A stretch of DNA of 56,236 bases, filler included, from Bipalium vagum (lineage: Eukaryota): the NCBI GenBank assembly GCA_037834085.1. It is 3 parts of 3 records of this genome, joined end to end, with 100 filler letters (N's around TTAATTAATTAA, not from the genome) between each part and the next. Parts side by side here need not be neighbours in the genome. Positions count along the whole stretch, not along the records: positions 1 to 21,308 come from JBBMKC010239094.1; 2 more parts are not named here. The stretch is one strand, 5' to 3'. A program made the position numbers and the translations under genes. This document shows positions 1-14,449 of the stretch, piece after piece. Under the pieces are notes generated by a model, which was not told the DNA's origin, ran no database searches, and was given only the letters and a program-made list of their open reading frames with translations. How positions within the stretch are numbered: the first letter of the stretch is position 1; every line of letters starts with the position of its first letter.

Positions 1-1512
1 CTCCTATTTAATTCACTTCTTTCTGAGAAGTTGGTGAGCTCAAATAATTAAACTTTATTAATTTAAACAAATAAGTCGAGGCGGCATAATACCCCAACAA
101 TGTCTTACATTCATATTTGTCCATTTTCAAAAATAGATTTATTAAAAATATTAAAATTGATCTTATAAAACAAAATAATTTACTGAAATCAATATTTTTT
201 TATATTCATTAATTTAGAAGATCGTTCTTTAAAATAAGCATATAAATTATAACATATTATATGACATATAATATAATAAATAATATAAATATATAAAATA
301 ATATTTAAAATAGGATACATAATATACATAGTACATAATAAAAGTATATAACATATAATATATATAATATCAAACTATATAATACACAATAAATAATATA
401 AAAAAAAATAAAAATAAAATTTTACATAATACATAATATATCATACACAAAATGCATATGTATATTTAAAAGTGCATTTCATTATAAATATTAATAATAT
501 TTTTATAATTTATGCAAAAATAAATATATTAAACATATTTTATATATATAATAACATATATAAATATTGTTAATAAAAGCTGTATGGAATATATTCGCCT
601 AGTGCGGAGCGATGTGCATTAATATTGATAAAATTATTTATTATTAAGCGAACGCGCTTTGCAACACGTACTGAAGAGCTCGCAAGTTATGGGGTTTTGT
701 GAAGAGGCTCTCCTTAAGGAATTAAAAATAATAAAATGTTAATTGGAAATAATACGAAGTCATTCAAGCGTCAGGCTCAATTAAGTTCAATCAAAAGCAT
801 GACTGCCTCACCAGTGAATGTAGGGACGCTCTTTCGAAGGCCTCCATTGTGAGATCTTAAATACGTCATGGAAAGGAAAATGAATAATTATTTTCACAGA
901 CCTTTTCAAAATATATCACTTGCTCAGCGCAGGCAGTACGTGATAATATATTTCAATATCTCAATTAATAAATAAATAAAGTAAAATGAGCAGAAAATAT
1001 ATTTCGCATTTTTCCACGGTCAGTGATTACGATGGAAATGAGTTTAATTGGCATTTACTAAGGGAAATGTCACTTAAAAATAAAAAAATAATTATCATTG
1101 AAATGTTTTATCGAATATTTTAAATAAAATATTTTATTTAACCCTTAATTAATGGTCAGATGTTTCTCCACTGTCCTCCTATCTTAACAGCCTTCGAGAA
1201 CGAAGATGTTTAGGAAGGTTCACGTGGAAAACTAACAATTTTGGGATCTGTTCATGTCCATTTTAGAGGGCCGGAAGAGCGATTTAAAGAACTTTCGAAA
1301 ATAAAATGATGGAATTCATAAAAATGAACATAACCTTTGGAAACAATTTTTTTTCATGAAGATTAAATCAGCCAATCTTCAAAAATTACACTAAAATAAA
1401 TTGATTGTGAAATGATCTTAACACCATTGTCCTGTGTGATGAGGAATAATATAAGTGAACATTGGTCACTAAATATTTTCTTGATTTCTTAAAACCAATT
1501 TGTCTATATCTA

Positions 1513-2704
1513 CGAGGACTGTTCGTAAAATAATGAGAACAAACAAAGCTCTGCTTAGGTTTTAATTAACTAACAATGCATCATTATTATTCTGATTATG
1601 CATAATCTATTTATAGTTTATCGATAGTTGTATGTTGTATAATTGATTTGTTATGAATGATCTATAATATCTGTTTTGGTTGACTGATTTAAAATTCTAA
1701 TTTTATCAAAAATTGAGAGGCAAAGGTATATCAATGACAACAAGATATAAATAAGAATTTACTTGTTGTAGTTGGGATTATTTTCGAAGTAGCTCTCCGA
1801 AAAGGTTAGCAGGAAAATAAAGACAACTCGCATCTTGGTAGACCTCTCACTGCGTAATGGTTGAAAAAATGTAATCATAAAATGTTAATCATAATTCTTT
1901 GATTACCATCCGTGATATTGAGGACGAAACTTGAATCGGAATAGGAAGCATCCATGATATATTGTACAATCAGTTACGACTCAGGAAGGTTTGTTCCGGG
2001 TGGATACTACATTTGATCACTGAATCGCAAGAAGAAGAATGACCGAAAACCTGCCCTTAAGTGCTTAATTGTTTCAGACGAATAGACAAAAAATCACTAC
2101 TTTAAATTGTTAGAGGTGATAAACTTGGATAAACTATTTTGATCCCAAAGGAATGTATCCAAAAATATGATCTGGATTTCTGAAGGGGATCATCCACCTA
2201 AGTTGGAAAATCATCGTAAATAACGGGATAAAATGAGGTATACAATCTTCTTTAAAAGGTCAAAGTCGTCTTACGCAAATTTCAATTCTTTTGAGTGCAG
2301 CATTCATATATATTTATTATTACAATAGTCTTCAGTTTTATGTGAAAGATATGTAAGCCGACAAGTATGCAAACAACCATGATAACGCAATGGTTTAGAA
2401 ATCACGCTTTGATGGATTTCTTGGAACATCAGAGAATATTTCTGATATGCACCCACCTTAAAGGTCTGGCCTCTATAAGTGACTTTTGGTTGCCTGGTAG
2501 ACTGAAAGATCACGTTGGTGGATATACAAAGATATGAAAGTCATTTATTAGTATATAAAACATGTACGTAATGGTAAAACCGTTTAAAAAAGGATATAAA
2601 TACTACTGGGTACTACTTTGAACAAATGCAATACTTGTTTTAATTGTGTAATTTATTATGAAATTTTGGAAAGCGCGCTCTCATTAATTTTCGAACAATC
2701 CTCA
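1513..2704 (+). mobile_element. Degenerate full-length mariner (DD34D) element, ~1.19 kb
   Basis: TIRs: CGAGGACTGTTCGTAAAATAATGAGAAC (1513-1540, preceded by TA) and its inverted copy at 2677-2704 (23/28 match). Internal broken frames read GSIHDILYNQLRLRKVCSGWILHL (WVPHEL-like), IVxGD..W..YFDP and a HPP...DFWL-like segment. Confidence 0.85.
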
Positions 2705-4109
2705 AATATATACCCGATGGGCAAAATCAATGAAATGATTAAGATTTTGAGAGAAAACGATATTTTAATTTTCTGCCTTCGAGTAATATATATTGATGTA
2801 CATTGGCAAATTGAATTCAGTTGAGTGATTTTCCAAGAACCAATTAACAGAAGATTATTAAATTATTTATTAATTATTATTATTTCTTGTTATTATAATT
2901 TATAATTTATTAATATTTTATAATTATAATATTTCTTGTTATTATTAATTTATAATTTAAAATTAAGATTATTAAAATTATTATTATCATTATTATTATC
3001 ATGAAAGTTCTAATTTTACTAAAATGTGAAAAACAAATATATAATTTTAGCTTTGATGTAGAATGTTAGATAAATAGAATTTTCTGTCTAAAAATGAAAG
3101 TCATTTAGTAGAGTCTCGCTAAGTGTTCGCCCTCGGAGATGGGGATGCCCAGTGAGACTGAAGCAATTAATCTGTTCCCATATTTAACTACATGTCAGCC
3201 TACCACACAACGTCTTCATCTTATCTCCATCATCCTCTTGATTCCAATGATCAAATAGTGATTAGGTGCAAGGAAATTCTGCCCTACCACCATTCTATGG
3301 TGCAGCACCTTTATTTCTAGAAATTATCATCATAGAATGCATTCTCTGTGATTCTGTCATCAATAATTGCCAAAATAATTTGACACATTCAATTAAAACA
3401 AATTAATCAAAATGGAAAAATCAGATTTTTGATGTTGAAATTGATTTTAATAAGAAATAATCAATAATTATTCGTTTTTTAATTTATTAAATTTATTTTA
3501 AATTAAATTAAATTAAAAAAAATAAATTTTTAAGAATATTTATTTTAAATATTAAAAATTATATTAAAATATTTTATTAATTTTTGATAATAATTTGTTT
3601 TAATTAATTTATTAAAAAATAATAAAAATCTTTTGTAATTCTGAAAATTCATATAAAAATAAATTTCGTCATTAAATTATTAAAATGAAAGAAGTAATGG
3701 AAAACCGAATAAAATGACATTCTAAAATTATCCGAAGGAATTGGTTTATTAAGAAAAACCCCAATAAATATAAAATACTTTAATGTTCATTCGTTAAAAA
3801 TAGCTTTCAATTAAAAATATTTTATTATTAAAAAAATATTGGGCATTTATTATTTTTAATGTGACAAAATGAATAAAAACTGCAAATAATTTTTATTTGG
3901 CCTCCACGGAGGATATGGAAAGTCACAATCACGTTTTTGGTCACAATCACAACATTTCCATTCTTTGTCACGTAATGATATTATTTTATTTTATCTTATT
4001 TAAAAATCTTTATACCGCCGGTTTTAAATTGGAGAAACAAAGTAAATCAGGAATAAAATGGACAAAAGATATATGTTATCAGTGACAAATGATATATACA
4101 GTAAATAAA

Positions 4110-4508
4110 ATAGAGCAGTTTTCTCTGTATTTCTATTCACTCCGAAAAATCCTATGGAGGATATCCTGATGCTGCAAGAACTACAGGGTAAATTTAACTC
4201 TTGAATCATAATCATCTGATTTCAGCTGCATTTTAAAAGATTTTAACTTCTTTTCTTTTAAAATTCGTTGAACCAAGACAGGTTGAATATTAGTCTCCCT
4301 TAATAATCCTCAAATGGATGTCTTATCATCCATATCAGAAATTGAACGACATTTCTAGTTTCTCCAAACTTTTTCACAAGTTTGAATAATGCGTAACAAT
4401 TACATGGGTCCTTAATTAAATTTCTTTGGGTTTGACATCCACAATGGCAACATTAAGGGAATTTCCTTTATTATAATTGTTAGCAGCTAATTCAATAAAT
4501 TCAGACAT
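4110..4508 (-). mobile_element. Decayed Tc1/mariner-superfamily (DUF4817-type) transposase N-terminal half
   Basis: Broken frames give VKKFGET, VQRILKKR..KSFKMQL and DDYDSRVKF...QHQDILHRIF, typical of the HTH-to-first-Asp region. Confidence 0.5.
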
Positions 4509-5772
4509 GATTTCAAAAATTTTATTATTCCAATAAAAATAAAAATACTTAAATAAATTTCCTTAAATTAATAAATTTAAATAGTGTCTCTTTTATTATT
4601 TTTTTAAAAAGATATTTTAAAATTAACTAATACATTAAATTAATGAATATTCATATTGGATTTTAAAACGGACACTTTATAAAAATTCAAAAATATGTTC
4701 AAATACTCACAATAATAATATCAAATTAAATCAATTTTCAAATATAGATTCATAACTAAATTTAAAATATTTGTTATCATTGATTCATTTAAACAAAACC
4801 TACTCTTGTGCCCTTTCTAAAAATGTACAGATAACAAAATTTTTTTTGAACAAAATTGACAGACCACAAATTTTTTCCCTCGGTTTCCACACATTGGTGA
4901 ATATATAAAGTATAAATTCGATTATTACTAATTAGATTTATAACGTTAATTTTCTTGAAGAAATTCTGATTGGTTAATTATTAAAAATACTAATTAAATT
5001 ATTGGAGAGATAGGTTTAATTAGTATTCGTTATTCAATTATATGTGAGATTGAAAGTCAGATTCAAGTTTGGAGATTATTATAAATAAATTATTGTTAAT
5101 AATAAATTCAAGATGATTAAAAACAATTTAATTATATTCCTAGAATTAAAAAAAGAATATTCTATGTATTAAATTTAATAAAAAAAAATTGCCAAATAAA
5201 CAAAAATGAATTTTTTAATTTAATAAACTATAATAAAAATCTGGTTTAATATAGGGGTTGGCAAGTAAGGCATTTGTGGTTACTAATATTGCCAACTTAA
5301 TTGGTTGATTATTTGACATTGGCATATTTGACATTCCTGACCTGTCATTTTTATTAATAATAAGATAAGACCAAAGCAAAATAAGATATTTTAGTAATTC
5401 CGATAATTATTTAATCAAACTTCTTTAAAAAGTGACCACACCTATTATTTTTTATTATTTAATTTTCCAAACTTTTTCAACATTTATTATGCCCTTTTTA
5501 TTTACAAATTATACAGTAAAATTTTAACTAAAATAATCAATAACCATTAAAAACTGTAACTTATAAATATTTAATAATATTATTAATTTTTTAAGTGTGA
5601 GATCTTATTTAAAAAAACATCTAAACTAATTTTTAGAACCACTCCTTATAAGCATAATATTTTAAGAGTCAGTTTTTTCTGTTTGCTAATTTACATATTT
5701 CTCCTGTCTAAAGTAATTTTTGTAAGTTGAAGAATATTAATCGAATGTTTTAATTAATCAATTATATTTAAA

Positions 5773-6055
5773 ATGGATTTATTTGAAATGCGCATCATTG
5801 TGAAGTATGAGTTTTTACTGCCCGAAACATTAATAATGTATTTGGCTGCAGTGTTACTACTTAGCAAATCTTACAGATAATTTGACCTTACAAATAAACC
5901 ATGTCGTCCATAATCAAAGGTCCTCAGTGACGAATTATAGACCATTGTTAAGGTTGACTAATTTCAGAGTACCTATAAATTTTTGGTGAAGTTTGATATC
6001 AGCAAACAAACTTTTTAAAATTATTTAGGTCAAATAGGAAAGGGGAAAAAGTTCA
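5773..6055 (+). mobile_element. Mariner transposase N-terminal remnant
   Basis: MDLFEMRIIVKYEF..TARNINNVFG, FDLTNKP..RP, DEL..IV and YLGQIGK.KK, with stops and deletions. Confidence 0.65.
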
Positions 6056-7189
6056 TTATCTCTTAAGAAAATATATATTAAAAATAAATAAACTTAATTT
6101 AATAATATATTTAAATATATTAAATAATAATAACAATAATAATAAATAATAATTTAATCTAAATTTAAAATAATTTTATTCAAATCGAAAGAATAGACAA
6201 TGAATTGCTCTCTGAAATAAATTAATAATAAAATTAAGAGAAAGACGATAAAGGAGAATTAAATAAATAAAAATTGTAATATATAAGGAGGGGATGATGG
6301 ACTTGAACAAGAATCTTAGAGGCATGGTCCAGCTTGTTTTCCGCTGTCCTCACATTAAGACTAAGCAAATGATGAAAAAAAATTGAAAAGTGAGCAACGA
6401 AAAATTTTAAGGATGGACCTTCAAAGTTCTATTATATTTTATTATCCTTATTAATACTGGTTAAAAAATATAAAATAAAAATATTTTTGAATATCAATTT
6501 CGATTTAACAATTCCGAAATACACAGGCCTTCATCCATGCCACCATTTGATACGTCTCCGTGCACTCCAATTGTTGAGAGGAGGCGAAAATAAATGGCAA
6601 AGCAAATGATCACAACAAAATTATCCTTCTTTTGATCTCATTCAGTTCATTGTACTTTTTGATCTTCGTCGTCGTTCACACGTCCAAAAGGGAGGCTGAT
6701 GCCATTTAACTGATAAGCTTATCTGATCACTTCGTGTTTGACTGGATTAACAATTAAATGTTCACTGGTTTCACAAATTACTCCATTCATAATTTATTAT
6801 CAGAGAAAGATTATGGTTTTACATTAGGGGTTTAATATTCATAATTGATAGAAAAAAAAATTTTAAACCTGTTTTTGATAAAATAAATAATTTTATTATT
6901 TTTCATAAACTAATCTTCCATAGTATTACAAAGTACTAGGGGGTTACATAGGTCTTTACTCTCTATTACATTTCTTATTTTTTATAAATGATATCAGTTA
7001 ATTTTTATAATTAATCATTGTTTTACTGAGGTAATCGATACAATTTTTATCGTAGATTTTAAATATTTGTATCATACTTTACGAATTTTTATTATGGTAC
7101 TTTTATCTCTTTTAGATTATAGATGAAAAATGTACTCTTAAATCAGAAATATGATTCACTGGAAATAATAACACTATAATAACAATATT

Positions 7190-7440
7190 TGTGCTGTTGA
7201 AAGAAATGAAATTGTCAGCTTAAAGACGGTAAAGAACTGAATTAAGAGATTCAATCATGGGAACACGAGCCTCGATGATCAGCCACAGTTTAAGCGATCA
7301 ACCATTGTTGGTTCCGCTGTCGTGTGCTTGGCTATCGAATCCAATCCAAGCATAAGTACAGGCAGATTATTTCTCGACATTTGTACATCCAATGCAACCA
7401 TACATCCAAAGTTGAAGGAGCTTGGGAAAGTCAACAGGCC
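7190..7440 (+). mobile_element. Mariner transposase HTH remnant
   Basis: SLKTVKN*IKRFNHGNTSLDDQP and AIESNPSIST...ATIHPKLKELGKV. Confidence 0.6.
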
Positions 7441-7629
7441 CTATAAAGCATTGATCTCTCAAAAAAAATAGGTTGTTGAACATTATATTTAATATTTCAT
7501 TTTTGTTTGAATAAACATTTTCTACTGGATTCTCCAAAATTTGACATTGAAAAAAACATTTTTTCCACTCAGTCCATTTTTCAGCTCCAGTTATCAATCG
7601 ATCAAGAAATGGACTAGCTTATAATTGGG

Positions 7630-7995
7630 AATTATGTGCAGTACAAATGGTAGTTCTTTGAATTCTATTCTCGTTTATTAATTTGTACGAAACCTAAAAT
7701 AAATAGTTTAATGATCTTCCTGATATTTTTAAATGGCTTAAAATAGTTTTCTGATCGCAACCATATGTGATTTGAGGGGATTAGGTTCAATGTATACTCG
7801 CACATGTGATCATCAACTACAGTTGGTGCTTCTGATCTTGGTTCTAAAAATCACAATTACCATTTGCAAACTTTTCAAATCAATTCTGACATTGACACAT
7901 TAATGGCATCTGAATATATTACACAATTGTCCTTTGTGCAATCGTTGCTTTGAAACCACTCTTAAATTGTAAAGGCATGCATTTTCAAATATGGA
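7630..7995 (-). mobile_element. Mariner transposase N-terminal remnant
   Basis: FKSGFKATIA, QCQN*FEKFANGN, PTVVDD, QKTILSHLKNI and NRIQRTTIC. Confidence 0.6.
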
Positions 7996-10499
7996 CCTTT
8001 ATGAAATCCTGTATATTTAGACTATAAATTTAATAAATATTTAAAGATCAATACTTTTATAAATTAATCAATAATTTTAAATAATTGCAATTTATCTATA
8101 TCACAATTAAAAAAACTTACAAATATGATATTAAAACCTTATTCCTTAACATGATATAATATATATTAAAAACATTTATAACCGATACACAATTTTTACA
8201 TATTATATCAGGGAAACATGGTTCAAAATAAAAGTCATGAAAACATAAATTAAGAAACATAAATTAAAAAAATGGAAAAATAAATTAATGACTTATCTAT
8301 GGGTCCAACATAAAATTACCAAGAAATAATGTCAAGTACTGGGGATAAAGTTTCTCTCGAAATATTAATAATGATAGAGATCAAAATCCCTTTCTCACAG
8401 TCTTCACTGAGACACAACATATAAACAGATATTAGACTGCACCATTTATTTTTATTCCTCCTAGGAGAAAATATTAAAATTTTCATGGCTATATATAAAA
8501 TAATATAAATTATCTTTAAAACACATTATCCTTCCCTTTCCGTGTGAGAAAATGATAATTATTGACACAAATAATAATCTAATGGAATAATATATTAACG
8601 ATACCCCATGGGGACATTTTACAGTAAAAACGTTGCAGTGACATTTTGGATCTGTAATAAAATTTCCTATAGATATTTTTCTAATTAGTCTTTCAACAAA
8701 GTTTTATAGTATAATATAATAATTATAATCACAATAATAAATATATTATTAATAGTTATATTTATAATAATTAGTATTATTTATTCCGATTTAAACGGAA
8801 CTGCATAAAACAGGGGAAAAAATTTAAACATTTAATTTTTTTATTACTTAGGCAGTATTGATCTGCATAAAAATGAAAAGGAAGTAAGCAGTTATCACAA
8901 TGTCACCAATGAATCAGACTTCAGTAATTAATTTCAGCCAAAATGCATTCCAAAATCAAACTTTACATTCAAAGAATGTGTTGATATCAGTTTCATGGGA
9001 TATTTATGGTAGTTTTGATTTTTTCAACAAGTGAAACAATCAATTAGGATATTTCAGCGATTACGCGATGTTTATTATGTAGTATCATACTTTTGAAAAC
9101 AATTGATAAAAATTACACTTTGAAAATTTGTTTATACGGGTTAAAAGTATATTTAATTTGGGTAATTTTGAAATATAACGGTTATTCGTTTTTCTATGAA
9201 AGCAAAAATTTTAATTTTTTTACAGAAAACCAAATTTGAAAATTTTCAGGAGGTGACCAGACAGCGAAGCATAAGTCTGAGGACGACGAATGCATAAAAA
9301 ATTGACCATAAAATAACTTTCACTGGTCAACAGACAGCATCCATGATCATGTCAGATCACATGAGTCTTATAAAATTGTTGGGTCTGTCCAAGAGCACAA
9401 CCTGAAGGATTGATTATAAGAGCCGTAAAAAGGGTCAGAGAACCAATAAAATAATAATGACAGTAATAATAATAAAACAATAATAGTAATAATAATACAA
9501 AATTATTAATTTTAATTAAAACCACTTTAAAATTGTAAAAGTCAAAAGAAAAACCTGAGGATTACTATAAATATTTTTGAATTTCCGAAATAATTTCGGA
9601 TATACTCAAAATAATTTATAAAACTTCAATTGGAAATTGAAATTTAATTAAAGAGTATTGATTCCAATTAAGTAAAATCAATTAATTCAATGACCACAAA
9701 AATTTAGTATATCAGAAGAAGGATTTATAATTATAATTTTAACTCCCAAGATGAAGTTAAAGCAAACTTTTGATTGAATTAAAGTTATTTGGAAAACGTG
9801 AAGATATTTTAAAAAAGTTAAGGTTTTTGTTTGAAACGCGGTGCAGGTACTTTGATTTGATTTTTCGAAAATTACATTGCAGAATAATGTTCGGACTCAT
9901 AACCAGAAGACTACTTTTAAGTGAACCGTAAGAGCTCAGCTAATTGTCCAGGGATCTGAGAACGACAAAAGTGCTGCGATTGATTGATTTAGTTTTTATT
10001 TTTTGTTTATTAACTTATTAAATGATTATATTGGAAAGAAGGTTCTTAATATTTCTTCGAAATTTCCCAAACAATTTTATCAAAACAGATACGAATCAAG
10101 AAAAATGAAAAGAAAAATAATTTCCTCGACCAGAGGCAATTTTATTATATACAATCTTCATCTGTTGAAGAGAAAGATATGAAGCAGTTCGTACCCATAA
10201 TATTTTATCTTGTTTTTAAATCAAAGACTATAAGTAATAAAATAAACAGTAAAAATCTTTTAATGCTTCCTCCTCCATATCTTAAAAGCCGCCACGGTTT
10301 CCATGGAAATATATAAATAAAATATTTTTAACCTGAGCGACTAAGACCAATTTTTTTTACCATTATCTTCATAATAAAACTAAAGTAATATTCCCTAATA
10401 TTAAGGTGAATCCAGGGTTCTTGAGTCTTTAGAACAAAAAATGAAACATATATTTAAGCATAACAAAATGAAAATCAAGTTTCAAAATAAATGTCGTTT

Positions 10500-10790
10500 G
10501 ATTCGATAGTCTGAATCAAATGTTTTGTTGCCATGTCTGTACGAAGCCTTGTCCTTGGAATTGAAGACTTCCTATCACCCAGTTTTGACATCCTCTAGAT
10601 TATTGGATTGATGTCCTCGAAGAAAATGTGTCATTGTCCAGAAAAGGTAATAGTCAGATGGCGCAAGGTCTGGGCTATAAGCTGGATGCGGTAAAAGTTG
10701 TCCACTCAGTTTTCTGACTTTTTCCATTACCTTTCTGGCCATATGTGGTCTTGCATTGTCTTGCTTTAAATACATGCAACGGCATTATCA
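10500..10790 (-). mobile_element. Mariner (DD34D) transposase catalytic C-terminal fragment
   Basis: ORF 10575-10775 contains QDNARPH and HPAYSPDLAPSDYYLF. Confidence 0.9.
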
Positions 10791-10829
10791 AATTAGTGTT
10801 TGGTAATCTTTCAAAAAAAATCAGGTAAC

Positions 10830-11078
10830 ACCTTTGAACATTTTATTAATCTCCATGTAGGATTTTCCGTCTTAAACAGAATTATTACTTGTCTATCAAA
10901 ATCTGATAATTGTTTTCCTTCTCGCATCAAATTAGCTGTCTAAAAAATCAATAATTATCAAATGATAAATAATGAAATTGAATGTATAATGACAATAATT
11001 AATTTTTTTGAAATTCATGTATATTTGTTGTAAATATATTGTTTTGAAATCTCCCGGTTTTCGGATGACCACCTTGTA
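10830..11078 (-). mobile_element. 5' end of a Tc1-like element (TIR plus start of HTH)
   Basis: The minus strand reads TA-CAAGGTGGTCATCCGAAAACCGGG at 11078-11053, followed by MREGKQLSDFDRQVIILF. Confidence 0.4.
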
Positions 11079-12703
11079 GTACTAAAACCATATATCCTTA
11101 TAAAAGTATTACTTTGGCTACAGGCGTCTTACTCTGAAAAGGGATCGAAGTCAGCTCTTAAGAGAACATTATTCGTTAAACGAATAAATATAACGAATGA
11201 GTAAAATGCTTTATTATGCACTTTTAATCGACTGTTAACTGAATAATTCTGCCAATCTCCTCACAGGACAATCTCCTTCCTGCCGATTATCCGGTCAGTA
11301 ATTATTCTCAGCAAAATCCTATCTTATCAGTGAAAAATAATCCTGGTTACAGTTTCCTCACAGAACATTGACAGAATTCGAAAAACCTGATTCCTTTTTG
11401 ATAAGATCGTGATTAACCTTATTCGTTTTTGCTCTTGAACGCAGGTTCATGAAAATTGGTACGTGACAGATCTGTGACTTTTTGAATGTTCTGGTGGTTT
11501 TATTATTTATTTAATTTTAACTGTTTTAAACGTCAAAACAAATAAGTCGACATTTTCAGAACAATCAATGTTCAAAATATTCACGGTTGCCTTTGTTAAC
11601 TTCATGTCATATGAAAGAGAGTTGATAAATCCGATCTCTATGCGCTACTTTTGAATGTGATAACGGCACTTTTAATAAAAGTAATGCTGGATCGAGCTTA
11701 ACGGGTGATAATCCATTTGACCAATCATCGTGGTTGAAGACCCTAACTCATATGTATTATGAGGTGTTTTACTTCATTGATGGTTGGTCAGAATTTTCTT
11801 CTGGATTTTAAAGTTCTCGTTAAACGTAATATACCCATTTCTCATTACCAATTATATATTTTATAAGTTGAATTTATTGATTTTTGTCCTTCATGTGACT
11901 CTATTTTCTCTTTTTTCAATCTTATTAAGGCAGGAAAAATATATATTTTACGTCTAAGAGGTCTGCCAAGTTCTTCGAGGTCTGAGAAGTCTTTGGAGCA
12001 TATATATACTCTCTAAACCACTGTACTACCAATTAACATGTGTCTATCACAATGAAGTATTAATGATTGGTTCTAAATGGTTAAATAAAAACCATTAAAT
12101 ATCTTAGTATACATTAGTAAACCTCTCTTAAATACATAACTCCAATATTCATCTCTTAATTCATAAAGAACGTCGAGCATCACACAGTAGTGTTCGACAT
12201 CCCGGAAACGTAGGGTCTCCTACCAAAAATAAAGACTATAGTAAAAACTGAATTAAAAGAACATGAGACAAATAAACATTACAGCGAAGACACAAAATAT
12301 TCTATGATTCTACTGTTTCCATCATGGAAAGAATATTCTTTCTGTCGCCATTATTTTCGTGAAACCAATTAATAGTTTTGCTGTCAATTTTCGGGAGGAA
12401 TCCCACAGTAATTTATCCCTTCCGGGGAGCAAAGTCAACTGGAACTTTAATTTTGCAATCAATCCATTCTGTACTAATTAAATAAACGAATAAATAAGAA
12501 ATAGATCGAAATTCCAAGACATCCGCAACGGAAGCGAAGCGACGGACGACGAGATGAGACCGAGGCTAGGGACAAGTTGGCATAATTAATCCAATTTGAG
12601 ATTAATGTTGAATGACAGAAAGTAAGGGGAGAGCCTAAAAGTAAAGTTCAGTTCATTCTGTTTTTGTGGAGAAACTATAAATAAAATCATCAATAAAGTT
12701 GTC

Positions 12704-13711
12704 CTAAGAAGTGGTATTGTTCGAATTGTCTTTGGGGAGGCTTTTCAAGCCGGTTATGCGCTGTTTCCGACTTGACTTCCGCTTGATTACCGCGTACAAA
12801 TAAGCGATAAAATTCATTATGGAGTCCAAAGAGGACAGAATGTTAACGATATCGGCCAAGTTTTCCACTATATAACGATACTCCGTCAGTTCTCTGTACA
12901 TACTGATATAGTAGATTATGTAGCAAATGCTTTTCGGTATTTCACAGAGCGTGAAAATAACGCAGAGCATCAGAATGGTTTTCGTCGGCGACGGAGCTCT
13001 CAACTGGTGGACATCCAGGAACTGTTCATTTCTCTTTCGAACCTCATTAATCAGGAACACGCTGTAAAACAGGATAATAAATGTCGGCAGCAATCCGAGC
13101 ATGAAGGAATAAAAGGGAATAAAGTAGTAATTGTAGCCCATATTCATTGACATTTGTTTTCTGAGGAACATCACATTTCCCGTTTTATTTTCTATATCTA
13201 TTTTCGAATCAAACATCTTCGGAATCGTCAATATGAACGCAATGAGAAGAATGACAATTAATCCGTACTTAACTCGCTTATTACCATAGGCCTGACTTCG
13301 TAACGGTTGACTGACCACCTGAAAACGCATCCAAGCTATGAAAGCAATCATCCAGTTTCGAAGAAAAAGAAAAACGCGATAAATATTGCGCAAACCATGA
13401 TGGATGAATTGAGCCCCTACCCATGCCAGAAACGAGTTTGAAACCTTCTTCTTCATGAGATAAGTAAAATAAAACCAGAGTTGAGTGATGAGAAAGGACA
13501 GCCCATAAATCGTTTCGATCAGAGACAAAACAAATAGAAGAAGGATGAAGTTCCCTTTGGTCTTGATGAACCGGAAATAAAAGGCCGAGAAAAGATTGAG
13601 GATAAATCCAATGAATACGATCACCAGGACTATCGACGTGAGATAGATCTGAGCAACACTGATGATTTTCGATGTCGTTTGGTTGCCTGGCGAAATGTCG
13701 CTGGTATTCAT
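12704..13711 (-). CDS. Class A (rhodopsin-like) 7TM GPCR, orphan FMRFamide-receptor/Srw-like type, 335 aa, intronless CDS
   Basis: Seven hydrophobic segments; N-terminal sequons (NTS, NQT); TM1 GxxxN; TM3 RNWxxxxIAxxRF..V..PL; TM5 LLP; TM6 CEIP; TM7 DSIMNFIAY; basic C-tail. Confidence 0.92.
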   Translation of the reverse strand: MNTSDISPGNQTTSKIISVAQIYLTSIVLVIVFIGFILNLFSAFYFRFIKTKGNFILLLFVLSLIETIYGLSFLITQLWFYFTYLMKKKVSNSFLAWVGAQFIHHGLRNIYRVFLFLRNWMIAFIAWMRFQVVSQPLRSQAYGNKRVKYGLIVILLIAFILTIPKMFDSKIDIENKTGNVMFLRKQMSMNMGYNYYFIPFYSFMLGLLPTFIILFYSVFLINEVRKRNEQFLDVHQLRAPSPTKTILMLCVIFTLCEIPKSICYIIYYISMYRELTEYRYIVENLADIVNILSSLDSIMNFIAYLYAVIKRKSSRKQRITGLKSLPKDNSNNTTS

Positions 13712-14449
13712 AATATTCTACTTAATAATGAAAGTCTCACCAGTGTCATTCCCATTTGCCTGCATGTCGAGGGGAAGTCTGACAACCAAACATTTTGTCA
13801 AATGAATTCCATTTATTTGGTGTAGAGCGTCGAAAATCTGATAAATAAAAAATAATCAATTTCTTCAATGAAAAAAAATCCAAAGACAATTCTGAATCTT
13901 TTGTCGTCGACAAATTCGGGGGCATAATAAAATATAATAAAAGAAGAAAAAGAAAAAAATTATTATTTTAATTCTGAAAGAAAAAATAAAAATCATTAAT
14001 CAATAATTAAACATTTTTTAAGATGAAAAGGAAAAAAACGATTATCAGGGTTTTAAAAAATAAAATATTATTAAAAATAAAAAAATAATGTGAAAAATTT
14101 TAATGATTTTTGAAGAAATATAATATATTTAAGATATTATTATTATTATTATTATTTATTAAATAAGAATAAATTAATGGAAAATACTGATTGATTGATT
14201 ATCAATTTTCTTAACCTCTCGGATGTACTTTCGTGTCACTAACATTTCGATCAAGTATATATACGAACCACGTGATCCGAATTTGCTGTTCCTCCCGTTC
14301 TGTCTTACTACTGTCAAAACCAAGCTCATGTTCCATATTAGTAGGTGAACAATCCAACGGTTTTCGAATTCTGAAATTTGCAATGATGGTAAGAAACATC
14401 TAATTTCATATAAAATAACATTCTCAGGCAAGAGCAGAAATACTTATGT

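Noticed and set aside
660-720. Hammerhead ribozyme core (CTGAAGAG) here and at ~22296
   Set aside because: No stem II followed by GAAA and no closing stems could be built by eye; none was found near the Penelope fragments either.
8200-8355. LINE-like traces (ETWF and KY.G) here and at ~45780-45950
   Set aside because: Only 3-4-residue motifs that need frameshifts; insufficient support.
12172-12198. 9-bp G-U-containing hairpin downstream of the GPCR
   Set aside because: Too short to distinguish from chance, with no supporting motif.
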